A stretch of DNA of 64,000 nt from an uncultured Pseudomonadota bacterium (GTDB lineage Bacteria; Pseudomonadota; Alphaproteobacteria; Rs-D84). Positions 29,808 to 38,346 of the stretch are shown here, piece after piece. How positions within the stretch are numbered: position 1 is the first letter of the stretch; the number at the start of each line of letters is the position of its first letter. The DNA is taken from NCBI GenBank assembly GCA_902793435.1, contig CADBDF010000005.1, positions 14,383-78,382 of the forward strand. Reading direction: 5' to 3'. Under the pieces are notes generated by a model. It did no database searches. It was not told the DNA's origin and worked only from the letters and a program-made list of their open reading frames with translations. The position numbers and the translations under genes were made by a program.

Positions 29808-30749
29808 ATGAAAATCTCTAAAGATAAGTTGTTGCATAATCTTATTGTTGATTCACGACAACAATATGCATTGTATTTTAAAAACAGAAATGAGATAACA
29901 GAACAATATTGCAACTGTGACCCCAACACAAATTTTCGTATGGCATCTGTGACAAAGCAGTTTGTTGCATTTTCTGTTCTAAGACTTATTGAATCTGGCG
30001 CTGTCAATGTAAATACAAAATTATCACAAATTTTTAATGATTTGCCGGAATATATGCAAGACATTACAATTCGTCATTTGCTAACACATACATCTGGCAT
30101 TAGGGATTATGAAAATCGTCCGAATATTGGTCGAAAACAGATAACTGATTCACAAGTGTTTGCCTATCTAAAAACATTAAAGAGCGGATACTTTAAACCA
30201 GGCACAAAATACAGATACAGCAATGGCGGATATATAATCTTGGGACAAATTATTGAAAAAATATCAGGTCAAAAATTACCGGTTTTTGTTCGTCGTTCTA
30301 TATTATTACCGGCTGGTATGCACAATTCCTTGATATATACCCAGGGTGTTTCAAAAATAAAAAATCGTGCTTATGGTCATAAAATAACGAACAACAATCG
30401 CATGATTGTTTTTGATCAAGGACCAGATACGGCAACCCAAGCAGATGGAGGCCTTTATTCATCTATACATGATTTAAAAAAATATTTACGTTTTATTCAA
30501 CAATCATCTTTGGAAAAAAAGATGTTTGTGCCGAATATATTGCCCAATGGTATGAATACTAAATACGGATTTGGGTTGCAGGTATTAGAACACAAAAATT
30601 ACAAAATTATATATCATTGTGGCGAGACTTGTGGAACAAACACAATAATTGGTTTTATACCACGTTTGGATATAGAATTTGCATTTATGACATCTTTAAA
30701 CGGTATAGATACTGAATTTTTGTTAAAGAATATTTTGCACCATTTATAA
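29808..30749 (+). CDS. serine hydrolase, beta-lactamase/PBP4* family
   Basis: SxxK motif (ASVTKQF), YSNGGY and an HTSG-type box. Confidence 0.8.
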   Translation: MKISKDKLLHNLIVDSRQQYALYFKNRNEITEQYCNCDPNTNFRMASVTKQFVAFSVLRLIESGAVNVNTKLSQIFNDLPEYMQDITIRHLLTHTSGIRDYENRPNIGRKQITDSQVFAYLKTLKSGYFKPGTKYRYSNGGYIILGQIIEKISGQKLPVFVRRSILLPAGMHNSLIYTQGVSKIKNRAYGHKITNNNRMIVFDQGPDTATQADGGLYSSIHDLKKYLRFIQQSSLEKKMFVPNILPNGMNTKYGFGLQVLEHKNYKIIYHCGETCGTNTIIGFIPRLDIEFAFMTSLNGIDTEFLLKNILHHL

Positions 30750-30783
30750 GAAAATCTATAAATATAGAAAATTTGTAGCAGAC

Positions 30784-30849
30784 ACACGGATTGCAGTGCC
30801 TGTTTCCTGCGGGTTTTAAGAGTTTTTTTATTGTGACATACGGATCAGT
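30784..30849 (+). repeat. two degenerate att-like copies outside the island
   Basis: gtgacatacggat-cag at 30834-30849 (3-nt deletion relative to the core) and acacggattgcag at 30784-30797. Confidence 0.35.
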
Positions 30850-30969
30850 CTGTATGTTTATGGATGTTTTTTGTAAAAATGGCCATTGTTATGCTTTTAT
30901 AAACAATCAATATTTTATCAAATTTTCGCAGAAATCTGCAGTTTTTGCACGTGTAATTTATCTGACAAA

Positions 30970-30989
30970 GTGACATACGGATTAACAGC
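30970..30989 (+). repeat. att core, tRNA-distal copy
   Basis: 20/20 identity with 46695-46714. The 23 nt to its left match the tRNA-Asn 3' end at 11/23 positions, with substitutions mostly toward A/T. Confidence 0.6.
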
Positions 30990-31066
30990 AAGCCCGCAAT
31001 TTGCCCGGATTTTCTTGGGTTGCAGCGTGTAAGGCCCATAAATCAGCCACTTTTTCGCGTATAGCT

Positions 31067-31138
31067 GTGTAGCCACTGTGTAGCTGTTTTTTTATGTGTA
31101 GCTCCTGTGTAGCAAAAAAATTGCACTATCGTGTAGCC
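31067..31138 (+). repeat. five direct (T/C)GTGTAGC repeats (putative integrase arm-type sites)
   Basis: Copies lie at 31067, 31078, 31096, 31107 and 31131, all in the same orientation, 80-170 bp from the att core. Confidence 0.55.
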
Positions 31139-31222
31139 ACATGTACTAAAAAAATACAAAAGAGAGAATGCATCAACCAACTTTTACGGAATATTTTTGG
31201 TGATTTTATCGCGACTAACGGA

Positions 31223-31681
31223 CTAAATTTTGCTTTTTAATTTTTCAAAAAAAATATCAAATCCATTATACTCTATGTGTCGTCTTACTCGTTTGTTTAC
31301 AGCAATAACTCTGCCGGTTGGCATCTGTGTTGATAAGCCAGCGTTGTATTCATGCCAATAAGACGATTTATCTGTTTTGATTCCAAGTTTTTGTAAAGCT
31401 TCTTCTGCCAAATCGCCTATGGGAGCATTTGGCAGTACAACCCCATTATTAAAAGTACGAGTTTTTGCATATATACCGTATCCGATTTTTATCAATGTAC
31501 CATCTTTTACTAACATGCGTAATGCACGCAGCACTTGATCATAGTCATATTCCGCCACAAGATCATCAAAATCCTTTAAGATAAAAACGTTGTCTTTTCG
31601 TCTTTTAATGCGTAATGCGGTTTTGTATAAAAGGGGCTTTTTATTTTTCATGTTGCGATCTCTTGTGTCAAAATACGACAT
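31223..31681 (-). CDS. DUF6088 / AbiEi_4-like wHTH protein
   Basis: The pattern VFILKDFDD...ALRMLVKDGTLIKIGYGIYAK...AGLSTQMP matches the AbiEi-type antitoxin-like family by eye. Confidence 0.55.
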   Translation of the reverse strand: MSYFDTRDRNMKNKKPLLYKTALRIKRRKDNVFILKDFDDLVAEYDYDQVLRALRMLVKDGTLIKIGYGIYAKTRTFNNGVVLPNAPIGDLAEEALQKLGIKTDKSSYWHEYNAGLSTQMPTGRVIAVNKRVRRHIEYNGFDIFFEKLKSKI

Positions 31682-31721
31682 TTTTATATAAAAAGCGAGA
31701 TTTTTTTATAGAAATACTATC

Positions 31722-31960
31722 AAAAACGACAAATTATTGCAAAAACAGCACTAAAAATAACAAATAATTGCAAAAAGACGTTAAAAAGGGATTAAAAACG
31801 ACAAAAAATAGCAATAATCAAAAACAATAGAAATTCTTGCTAAAAATATGCGTATTTTTAGTTAAAAATGACAAATTGTTGCAAAAATAGCATTAAAAAC
31901 GACAAATTATTGCAAAATGCTCTTGAAAATACGTTAAAAATAACATAAAATTACAATAAA
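31722..31960. promoter_or_regulatory. six direct ~24-bp repeats (AAAAACGACAAATTATTGCAAAA) in divergent intergenic region
   Basis: Copies start at 31722, 31753, 31794, 31864, 31895 and 31936. The spacing is 31/41/70/31/41, meaning a 142-bp duplicated triplet. Confidence 0.6.
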
Positions 31961-31971
31961 GAGGTTTAAGT

Positions 31972-33438
31972 ATGGTGATAGATAATTTACCAGAGGTGTT
32001 TTTATCAACGGGCGATGTGGCTTATAAGGTTTCTCGTCTATTGAAGGATGGTCAGGTAAAAAAATTGACCGGTAATTTGTATACTTCTAATGTCACAGAC
32101 GATGTCGACAAGATTGTTTCTACTCGTTTATGGGAAATCGTTGGGTTGTTGTTTCCTGGTGCCATTATCTCAGATCGAACCGCTTTTTATATGGGACCAA
32201 ATAAAGATCATGAAATATTTATCGTTTCAGAAAAATCCAGACGACCGGTAAAAGTTGGCTCTTATACAATTTATCCTCGTCCTGGGGCGGCTGTTCAGCC
32301 ATCTGATACACCTTTTATGGGAAATTTGTTTTTGGCTTCTAATGCTAGAAAATACTTAGAGAATATGAGGGTATCTCGTAACAAAGTTAGTATAGAACCT
32401 CGTTATTTATCTCAACAAGAAATAGAAGAAAAATTGGATCAATATATACGGGTTAATGGGGAGGCCGCATTAAATAAATTGCGTGACGATATGCGCACTT
32501 TATCTGCCACGTTAAAGTTGGAATCAGAGTTCAATAAAATAAATTCGATCATCAGTACGTTGTTAAGAACTCATACCTCAAGATTGAAATCTAATGTTGG
32601 TATTGCTCGCTCTATGGGTGAAGAATTTGATCCTGAACGTGTTGTGTTATTCACGGCGTTATATGAGGCACTTAGTTCAACCGCTCCGGTAATTCGTAAA
32701 ACCGAACAGAACTTTTCTCCAGTTTTATGTTTTTATGAATCATATTTTTCTAATTATATTGAGGGAACTAAATTTGCTGTTTCTGAAGCACAGGATATAG
32801 TTTTTAATAATAAAATACCCGCATCTCGGCCCGATGATGCACATGATATAGCTGGAACGTATGCTGTTATTTCTAGCGAACATGACATGTTGCGTACACC
32901 AAAGAATTTTGATGACTTTATTGACATATTAAAAAAAAGGCATGCACGTATAATGGAAGGGAGACCAGAAAAAGAACCCGGAAAATTTAAAACATTATTA
33001 AACCAGGCCGGATCCACAGTATTTGTTGAACCAAATCTTGTTGTTGGAACTTTAAAACAAGCTTTTGAATTGTATTCAAGGTTGGATACAGCCTTTGCGC
33101 GTGCTGTGTTTATGATGTGTGCAATAGCAGAAGTTCATCCTTTTAATGATGGAAATGGGCGTATATCAAGAATTATGATGAATTCAGAACTTGTTGCAAA
33201 CAACGAATCTCGTATAATAATACCAACAATTTATCGTTCGAATTACTTGATGGCATTGAAGGGTTTCTCTCATAACAAAATTACTGATTCTATAATAAAG
33301 ACGATGGATTTTGCTCAAAAATATACTAGTCAAATAGATTGGACTGATTTGCGCACAGCTACTGATATATTACAATCAACAAATGCGTTTGTTGAGGACG
33401 CTGAAAATATTACGGCATTATTAAGATTGCCGAAATAG
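31972..33438 (+). CDS. AbiEi-like N-terminal domain fused to class II Fic (AMPylase-type) domain
   Basis: Fic motif HPFNDGNGRISR and N-terminal inhibitory-helix motif SNYIEG. The N-terminal ~230 aa have AbiEi features (LLKDGQVKKLTGNLY, AIISDRTAF). Confidence 0.85.
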   Translation: MVIDNLPEVFLSTGDVAYKVSRLLKDGQVKKLTGNLYTSNVTDDVDKIVSTRLWEIVGLLFPGAIISDRTAFYMGPNKDHEIFIVSEKSRRPVKVGSYTIYPRPGAAVQPSDTPFMGNLFLASNARKYLENMRVSRNKVSIEPRYLSQQEIEEKLDQYIRVNGEAALNKLRDDMRTLSATLKLESEFNKINSIISTLLRTHTSRLKSNVGIARSMGEEFDPERVVLFTALYEALSSTAPVIRKTEQNFSPVLCFYESYFSNYIEGTKFAVSEAQDIVFNNKIPASRPDDAHDIAGTYAVISSEHDMLRTPKNFDDFIDILKKRHARIMEGRPEKEPGKFKTLLNQAGSTVFVEPNLVVGTLKQAFELYSRLDTAFARAVFMMCAIAEVHPFNDGNGRISRIMMNSELVANNESRIIIPTIYRSNYLMALKGFSHNKITDSIIKTMDFAQKYTSQIDWTDLRTATDILQSTNAFVEDAENITALLRLPK

Positions 33439-33794
33439 TTTTTTAATAATTTATTGATGTCCAATAATGAATATTTAGATAGAAAAATATATGCATTTTT
33501 CTATAAAAATCGATTCGTTTGAAAATGGTGATTTTTGGGTCGGGTGCCGTCGATGAGGGGGAGCAAAAAAATTTAACAAAAGTATATTTAGATGCGTTCT
33601 CATACATTTTTGATATATTATGATACATTTCATTTGTTCAAAAAAGTGTATTTTTCTGCGGCTTTTACAAGACTTTTATTTTTTAGCATGCTATAATTTG
33701 CATGTAAGGATATCAAAAATTGCTGTGATTTTAGATGATACTTTACGGCGTTTTTTGAACCGGACAAAACCATCAAAACCCAAAGGAGAAAAAC

Positions 33795-34055
33795 ATGGAA
33801 CATGAGTTCTTGAATTATGGGGGGATGGAGAGAGAACCAAACTATAAACTTATAAACATAAAGGAAGATGTTTTGAAAGACAGGCTGCTTACACCAAGAG
33901 AGACAGCAGCTTATCTTGGATCGTCTGTTTCGGCATTAAGCCAATATCGTGCGCTGGGGATCGGGCCTTTGTACTTCAAAATCGGCAAAATGGTGCGGTA
34001 TCGCATATCAGATATAGATAAATGGCTGGAAGATAAGAAAAACGGTGGGAAATAA
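33795..34055 (+). CDS. AlpA/excisionase-type HTH protein
   Basis: LLTPRETAAYLGSSVSALSQYRALGIGPLYFKIGKMVRYRISDIDKWL fits the HTH_17/AlpA pattern. It lies directly upstream of int. Confidence 0.7.
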   Translation: MEHEFLNYGGMEREPNYKLINIKEDVLKDRLLTPRETAAYLGSSVSALSQYRALGIGPLYFKIGKMVRYRISDIDKWLEDKKNGGK

Positions 34056-34093
34056 TTGTTTCTACTGGATATTCCGTAGTTATCGTGCATTGT

Positions 34094-34101
34094 TGTGTAG
34101 C
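34094..34101 (+). repeat. single TGTGTAGC copy just upstream of the int RBS
   Basis: Same octamer as the island-end clusters, about 7 nt before the aaaggag RBS of int. Confidence 0.35.
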
Positions 34102-34121
34102 TGTAACAAAGGAGTACACAT

Positions 34122-35330
34122 ATGGCAGAACAATGGAAATGTTATACTAAACCGTTTCGGGATACATGGATACATCTGTTGCATTCGGATGTGAATTTAC
34201 AGGTAAGTGACGGGACAATCCCCGGGCTATTCCTGCGATATTCGGCGGCAACGCGTACTATCAGGTTTTTCCTGGGGTGTAAAATCGATAAAAAGAAATG
34301 TAACCTTTATATCGGGCGGTATAACGATTATTCAATCAAAGACATTCGTGAAATGGCATGGAATATGCGGCATCAAATTGCCCAGGGGCAAGACCCACGT
34401 CGCGAAAAGATAGAACAACAAATGAAAGAAAAAGAGGCGCTTGGGGAAAAGTTCCAAGATTTATTCCCACAATACATGGATAAATATGCCAAGGTTTACA
34501 AGAAACCACGAACACAAGATTCTAATTGGGGTGAATACCGATTATATCTGGGGCCAATGTTTGATAAATTATACATGCGTCAGATAGAAGAAAAGCATGT
34601 AATGGATGCCTATGCCAAATGGGTTAAAAAGACATCGTTTTCAACCGCAAATAAAGCACTATCGTTATTCTCAAATTTCTGGGACTGGTGCGAAATGTAC
34701 AAATACGTGGATCGCAACACCAACCCATGTAAATATGTTCGCAAAGGGGCGAATAAAACTTACAAGCCACAAATACTTGATCAAAATGGCTATCGTGCGT
34801 TATCGCATGCGCTGGAGGTTGGACCAAAGGTGTCCAGAATGCATCCACGCTTATTCAATGCTTTGCGGGTTTTAATGCTAACCGGATGTCGTGCATCAGA
34901 AATAACAGGTCTGGAAGTAGACGAATTGGCACTGATGCACAAAGTAATACATTTGAAAGACAGTAAGACCGGGGCCAGGGATGTTAAGTTATGTGATGCG
35001 GTTATACCATATTTACAGGCTGCGCTGGATGAAGCAACTGCGCTGGGCAGTAAATACGTATTTCCAGGCGTAGGCAATATCCGGCGCCCAATAAATAACA
35101 TCCGTAAACCGTTTGAATGGGCGCTGGAATACGCAAAGCTGCCCCACATGCGAATACACGACCTGCGGCACTCATTCATCAGTATGGGGGCGAATATAGG
35201 CGAAAACATGGCCGCCATGAAAGAAGCGGCAGGCCACAGTCGCATAACCACCACCGAAGGCTACACTCATATCATGGACAGCAGCACCTATCGTGCGATA
35301 AATAACGTTGCAAACGCAATATGTGGCTAG
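34122..35330 (+). CDS. int: tyrosine-type site-specific integrase (P4-like, DUF4102 N-domain)
   Basis: Catalytic boxes TGCRASEI, HDLRHSF and GHSRITTTEGYTH, with a P4-type N-terminal arm-binding region. Confidence 0.95.
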   Translation: MAEQWKCYTKPFRDTWIHLLHSDVNLQVSDGTIPGLFLRYSAATRTIRFFLGCKIDKKKCNLYIGRYNDYSIKDIREMAWNMRHQIAQGQDPRREKIEQQMKEKEALGEKFQDLFPQYMDKYAKVYKKPRTQDSNWGEYRLYLGPMFDKLYMRQIEEKHVMDAYAKWVKKTSFSTANKALSLFSNFWDWCEMYKYVDRNTNPCKYVRKGANKTYKPQILDQNGYRALSHALEVGPKVSRMHPRLFNALRVLMLTGCRASEITGLEVDELALMHKVIHLKDSKTGARDVKLCDAVIPYLQAALDEATALGSKYVFPGVGNIRRPINNIRKPFEWALEYAKLPHMRIHDLRHSFISMGANIGENMAAMKEAAGHSRITTTEGYTHIMDSSTYRAINNVANAICG

Positions 35331-35361
35331 TTGTGCGCTGGTGTATCGTGATGAATCAAAT

Positions 35362-35385
35362 TCGCCCCGTTACAGGGGCGTTTTT
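35362..35385 (+). terminator. terminator after int
   Basis: Stem cgcccc / ggggcg with loop gttaca, followed by ttttt. Confidence 0.55.
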
Positions 35386-35390
35386 ATGGG

Positions 35391-37109
35391 GGTAACGGCG
35401 AGCGCAATGCCTCTTTACACACACAACGTCAAAATGTGTTCGCAGTTCGCACTTTGGGGGTGTAAACCGCAGAAATCTGGTAAAACATGGGTGCGAACAC
35501 ATGCGAACACCTAGTGCGAACACCTAATGTGATTTGAAGGTATACTTGCGACCTTTGTTCCGGCCGGTGGCAACCAAAAAACCTTTATTTACTAAAACAG
35601 AAAACAATTGTCGGACACGTTGTGGTGATTTGCCGGTGGCTTTTATTGCATCTGCGGCGGTGACTTCGCCCTTGGTAATAATGATCACTGCGATGGTTTT
35701 TAAGAACTTATGTTCGGTATCGCTCAGCATATCGATAGTTATATCGCTAGCTATATCGCTAACTTTTTTATCGCTACTAGCGATATATTGACGTTGATTT
35801 ATAAAATCGTCATACATAAAAATTCACCTTTTATCGGGTTCATTTTTGATTCTAACCCATTTTTCCGAAAAATCTAGTCTTTTAAGAAAGCCGTCTAACT
35901 GTCCTGTATTGTGGCGTATCATAAAAAATCAAAAAGGTACTGTCTGGACATTTTTCTATTGAGGGTAACGGCGAGCGAGGCACTTCGCTAGCGTCAGAAC
36001 AAAAAATAGGTGCGCAGGTGCGCACTTTGGGTATTTATTGCGTAAAAACAAAGCGTTAAGTGCGCACCTGGGGTGCGCACCAGGTTCGCACCCATGATTT
36101 CAGTTCTGAAATCACATACGATATCGTGTACGATTTCATATACGATATCGTGGGTAAAGAAAAAGAAAGAAGTAAGTAGTAAAGGAAAAGATAAATATAA
36201 AGAAAAAGATAATTGTAAAGAAAGAGAAAGAAGTAATGCACGTTCAAATTGTTGAAAACCTGTTGAAAACTTACGTGCATCTGTTGGTATAGTTTGTAAT
36301 GCTTTGCAATGTGTTGATAACTATTTTGTGCACACCAGATGTATCACAAAGTATCAATGTGTTTTGTCATGCAAGGATGATAGTTAGCAATATGGCTTGT
36401 TACATACAGAGCAAAAAAGGTGTCCGCAGTCCGCACTTTGGGTCTTTGTTTCGTAAAAACAATAAGTGCGTGTCATTGGTGCGTGCCTAGTACGCATCAA
36501 AACAAAAAAGGTACTGTGACGGGAGTTTCAATCAAGGGTAACGGCGAGCGCAGCGCCTCGCTACACACAAGATAAAATTTTAAGCCGCATGCCGCACCGC
36601 AGGGGTCAAGTGTGCAGAAATCTGGTTTTTTAGTGCGGCTTTGTGCCGCGGCAGTGCCGCACTTATGCCGCACAGAGACAGAACAAATTGCCTATGAACC
36701 CCAATCAAGAACCATAAAAAATATCGTGATGTGTTAATTTGATTCAAAAAGAATCGTAATGTTTTTTCATGAATTTACATATAAAAATATCATGATTTTT
36801 TGGGTCAAATGTATCGTGGTGTATCATAATGTGTCAACGAAAAAATCCGCAGAAAATAAGGGCTTTACAAATGAAAATTTTTCATGCATGGTGGGGATGA
36901 AGCAAAGGATTTTTTATGAACGATTTTGAGTTTGTTGTTGATTTGTTAAGTAAAACAGGGGCTGTTGGCAACTGCATTATAGACCTGGAAATAACGAAAC
37001 GGAATTTCAGTGCGTTAAAAGGCAACAATGATGTGCGGATACAAAAACAGCTCAACATCAGTTTGCAAAGATATCACAACGAAATTGATGAACTGCATAG
37101 AATAGTTGG
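35391..37109. repeat. three tandem diverged modules with exact 573-bp period and module-specific iterons
   Basis: The GGTAACGGCGAGCG box occurs at 35391, 35964 and 36537. cgcactttggg lies at offset +57 in modules 1 and 2. gcagaaatctgg lies at offset +80 in modules 1 and 3. Each module has its own NNCGCAC word family in direct and inverted copies. Confidence 0.6.
35524..35817 (-). CDS. small winged-helix DNA-binding protein
   Basis: 97 aa. The C-terminus AADAIKATGKSPQRVRQLFSVLVNKGFLVATGRNKGRKYTF is wHTH-like. The stop codon overlaps the GTGCGAACAC iterons. Confidence 0.5.
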   Translation of the reverse strand: MYDDFINQRQYIASSDKKVSDIASDITIDMLSDTEHKFLKTIAVIIITKGEVTAADAIKATGKSPQRVRQLFSVLVNKGFLVATGRNKGRKYTFKSH

Positions 37110-37290
37110 CATCAATCCGTCATCGCCAAACGAACCAATACCACATAACCCCAGAAACGAATTGCAATATATCACCGACAGAATCCCCGCATATGTAGCC
37201 TTACGAGAACTAAAAGGCGACCTCAGAGCATATGCAATAGATTGTCTGTTGCCCAGATTGTATCCAAAACGAAAAATCGGGGGGATATAG
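36916..37290 (+). CDS. small conserved protein, paralogue A (R-M-associated)
   Basis: 124 aa. It aligns without gaps, at about 30% identity, to the 47240..47593 product (MNDFEFV/MNNFDFV; YITDRIPAYVALREL/YITRMIPTYVICREL). The upstream ctttacaaa...atgcat region is also shared. Confidence 0.6.
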   Translation: MNDFEFVVDLLSKTGAVGNCIIDLEITKRNFSALKGNNDVRIQKQLNISLQRYHNEIDELHRIVGINPSSPNEPIPHNPRNELQYITDRIPAYVALRELKGDLRAYAIDCLLPRLYPKRKIGGI

Positions 37291-37356
37291 GATGTTCTAC
37301 TTGACTTTATCCCTTGTTTTGGGCTACATTTTTCACAAAGGAAAGGTTGAAATCTC

Positions 37357-38346
37357 GTGGAATACGAAGTTGATGTAAAAGAAAGTATGATAAAGAAAAA
37401 GTGGCCAGGGGTTCTGGAGCTGCTTCTTTTAGATCACACAACGAATAAAAACATATTTTGGGCTACAGATCTTTATGAAAAACGGTACAAATCACGCTTC
37501 TATGCCTTTAGATCGCCAATTACAATAGATTTGATCACTGAGGGAGAAGATCGTGTTATTAAACCTCGTGTCACCAAAGAAAAACAAGATCGACAATATC
37601 GTATCAAGGATAAAGCAGAAGTTTTTACACCAGCATGGATTTGCAATAAACAAAACAACCTGATTGACAATGATTGGTTCGGTTATGAGGGTGTTTTCAA
37701 CAAAGAAAAAGATGATAATACCTGGACCGCCACCAAGAAACCGGTTATGTTTCCAGAAGGAAAAAATTGGGTTGATTATGTTCGTGAATTGCGGTTAGAG
37801 GTTGCGTGTGGTGAGGCGCCGTATTTGGTCAGTCGATATGACATCACAACCGGTAAAAAAATCAAGTTACAGAATAGAATTGGTTTGTTGGATCGCAAGA
37901 TGCGTATAGTAAACGAAAACGCCGCCAGTGATAGCGAATGGATTGCGATGACAAAATGGGCGTTCAAAAGCACATACGGTTACGAATGGCAGGGGGATAA
38001 TTTGTTATTGGCCCGTGAAAACCTGTTGTTCACATTTATCGATTATTTTGAAGATAGATTTGGTAAAGAACCAGATATGGAAATGTTGAAAGAAATAGCG
38101 GAAATCATTTCTTGGAATATTTGGCAGATGGACGGCATTCGTGGTGTGTTGCCATGCACGTGTTGTAATTCAAAATACACAGATTTATTTGGCGAAAAAA
38201 CGATGGACTGTTGTCTTGGGTGTAAAACGGGCGATATCCACAGTCATAATGGAAAATACTGCTATATCGGTGATTGGAACAGAATGACATCAAAAGGACA
38301 ACCAACAAAAATTAAATATATTTCATTACTAAAGGGTAAAAAATGA
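37357..38346 (+). CDS. degenerate gamma-MTase-like N-lobe protein with C-terminal Cys/His zinc-finger-like cluster
   Basis: Motif X-like AEVFTPAWICN and motif I-like LEVACGEAPYLVSRYD, but no NPPY. The C-terminus is CTCCNS...CCLGCKTGDIHSH. GTG start after an aaggaaagg RBS. The stop overlaps the next start (ATGA). Confidence 0.65.
   Translation: MEYEVDVKESMIKKKWPGVLELLLLDHTTNKNIFWATDLYEKRYKSRFYAFRSPITIDLITEGEDRVIKPRVTKEKQDRQYRIKDKAEVFTPAWICNKQNNLIDNDWFGYEGVFNKEKDDNTWTATKKPVMFPEGKNWVDYVRELRLEVACGEAPYLVSRYDITTGKKIKLQNRIGLLDRKMRIVNENAASDSEWIAMTKWAFKSTYGYEWQGDNLLLARENLLFTFIDYFEDRFGKEPDMEMLKEIAEIISWNIWQMDGIRGVLPCTCCNSKYTDLFGEKTMDCCLGCKTGDIHSHNGKYCYIGDWNRMTSKGQPTKIKYISLLKGKK

Noticed and set aside
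31722-31960. I considered the regularly spaced direct repeats as a possible mini-CRISPR array. The same question applies to the 35391-37109 modules.
   Set aside because: The repeats are AT-rich and imperfect, with 7-46-nt irregular spacers, and lie between divergent promoters. The 573-bp modules are far too long. No cas genes or leader are present in the window.
36056-36280. Track ORFs on both strands (74 aa and 60 aa) inside module 2.
   Set aside because: They are generated by a ~90-nt purine-rich tract (36153-36237) and give low-complexity FLYL or KEK peptides. They have no RBS and are treated as non-coding.
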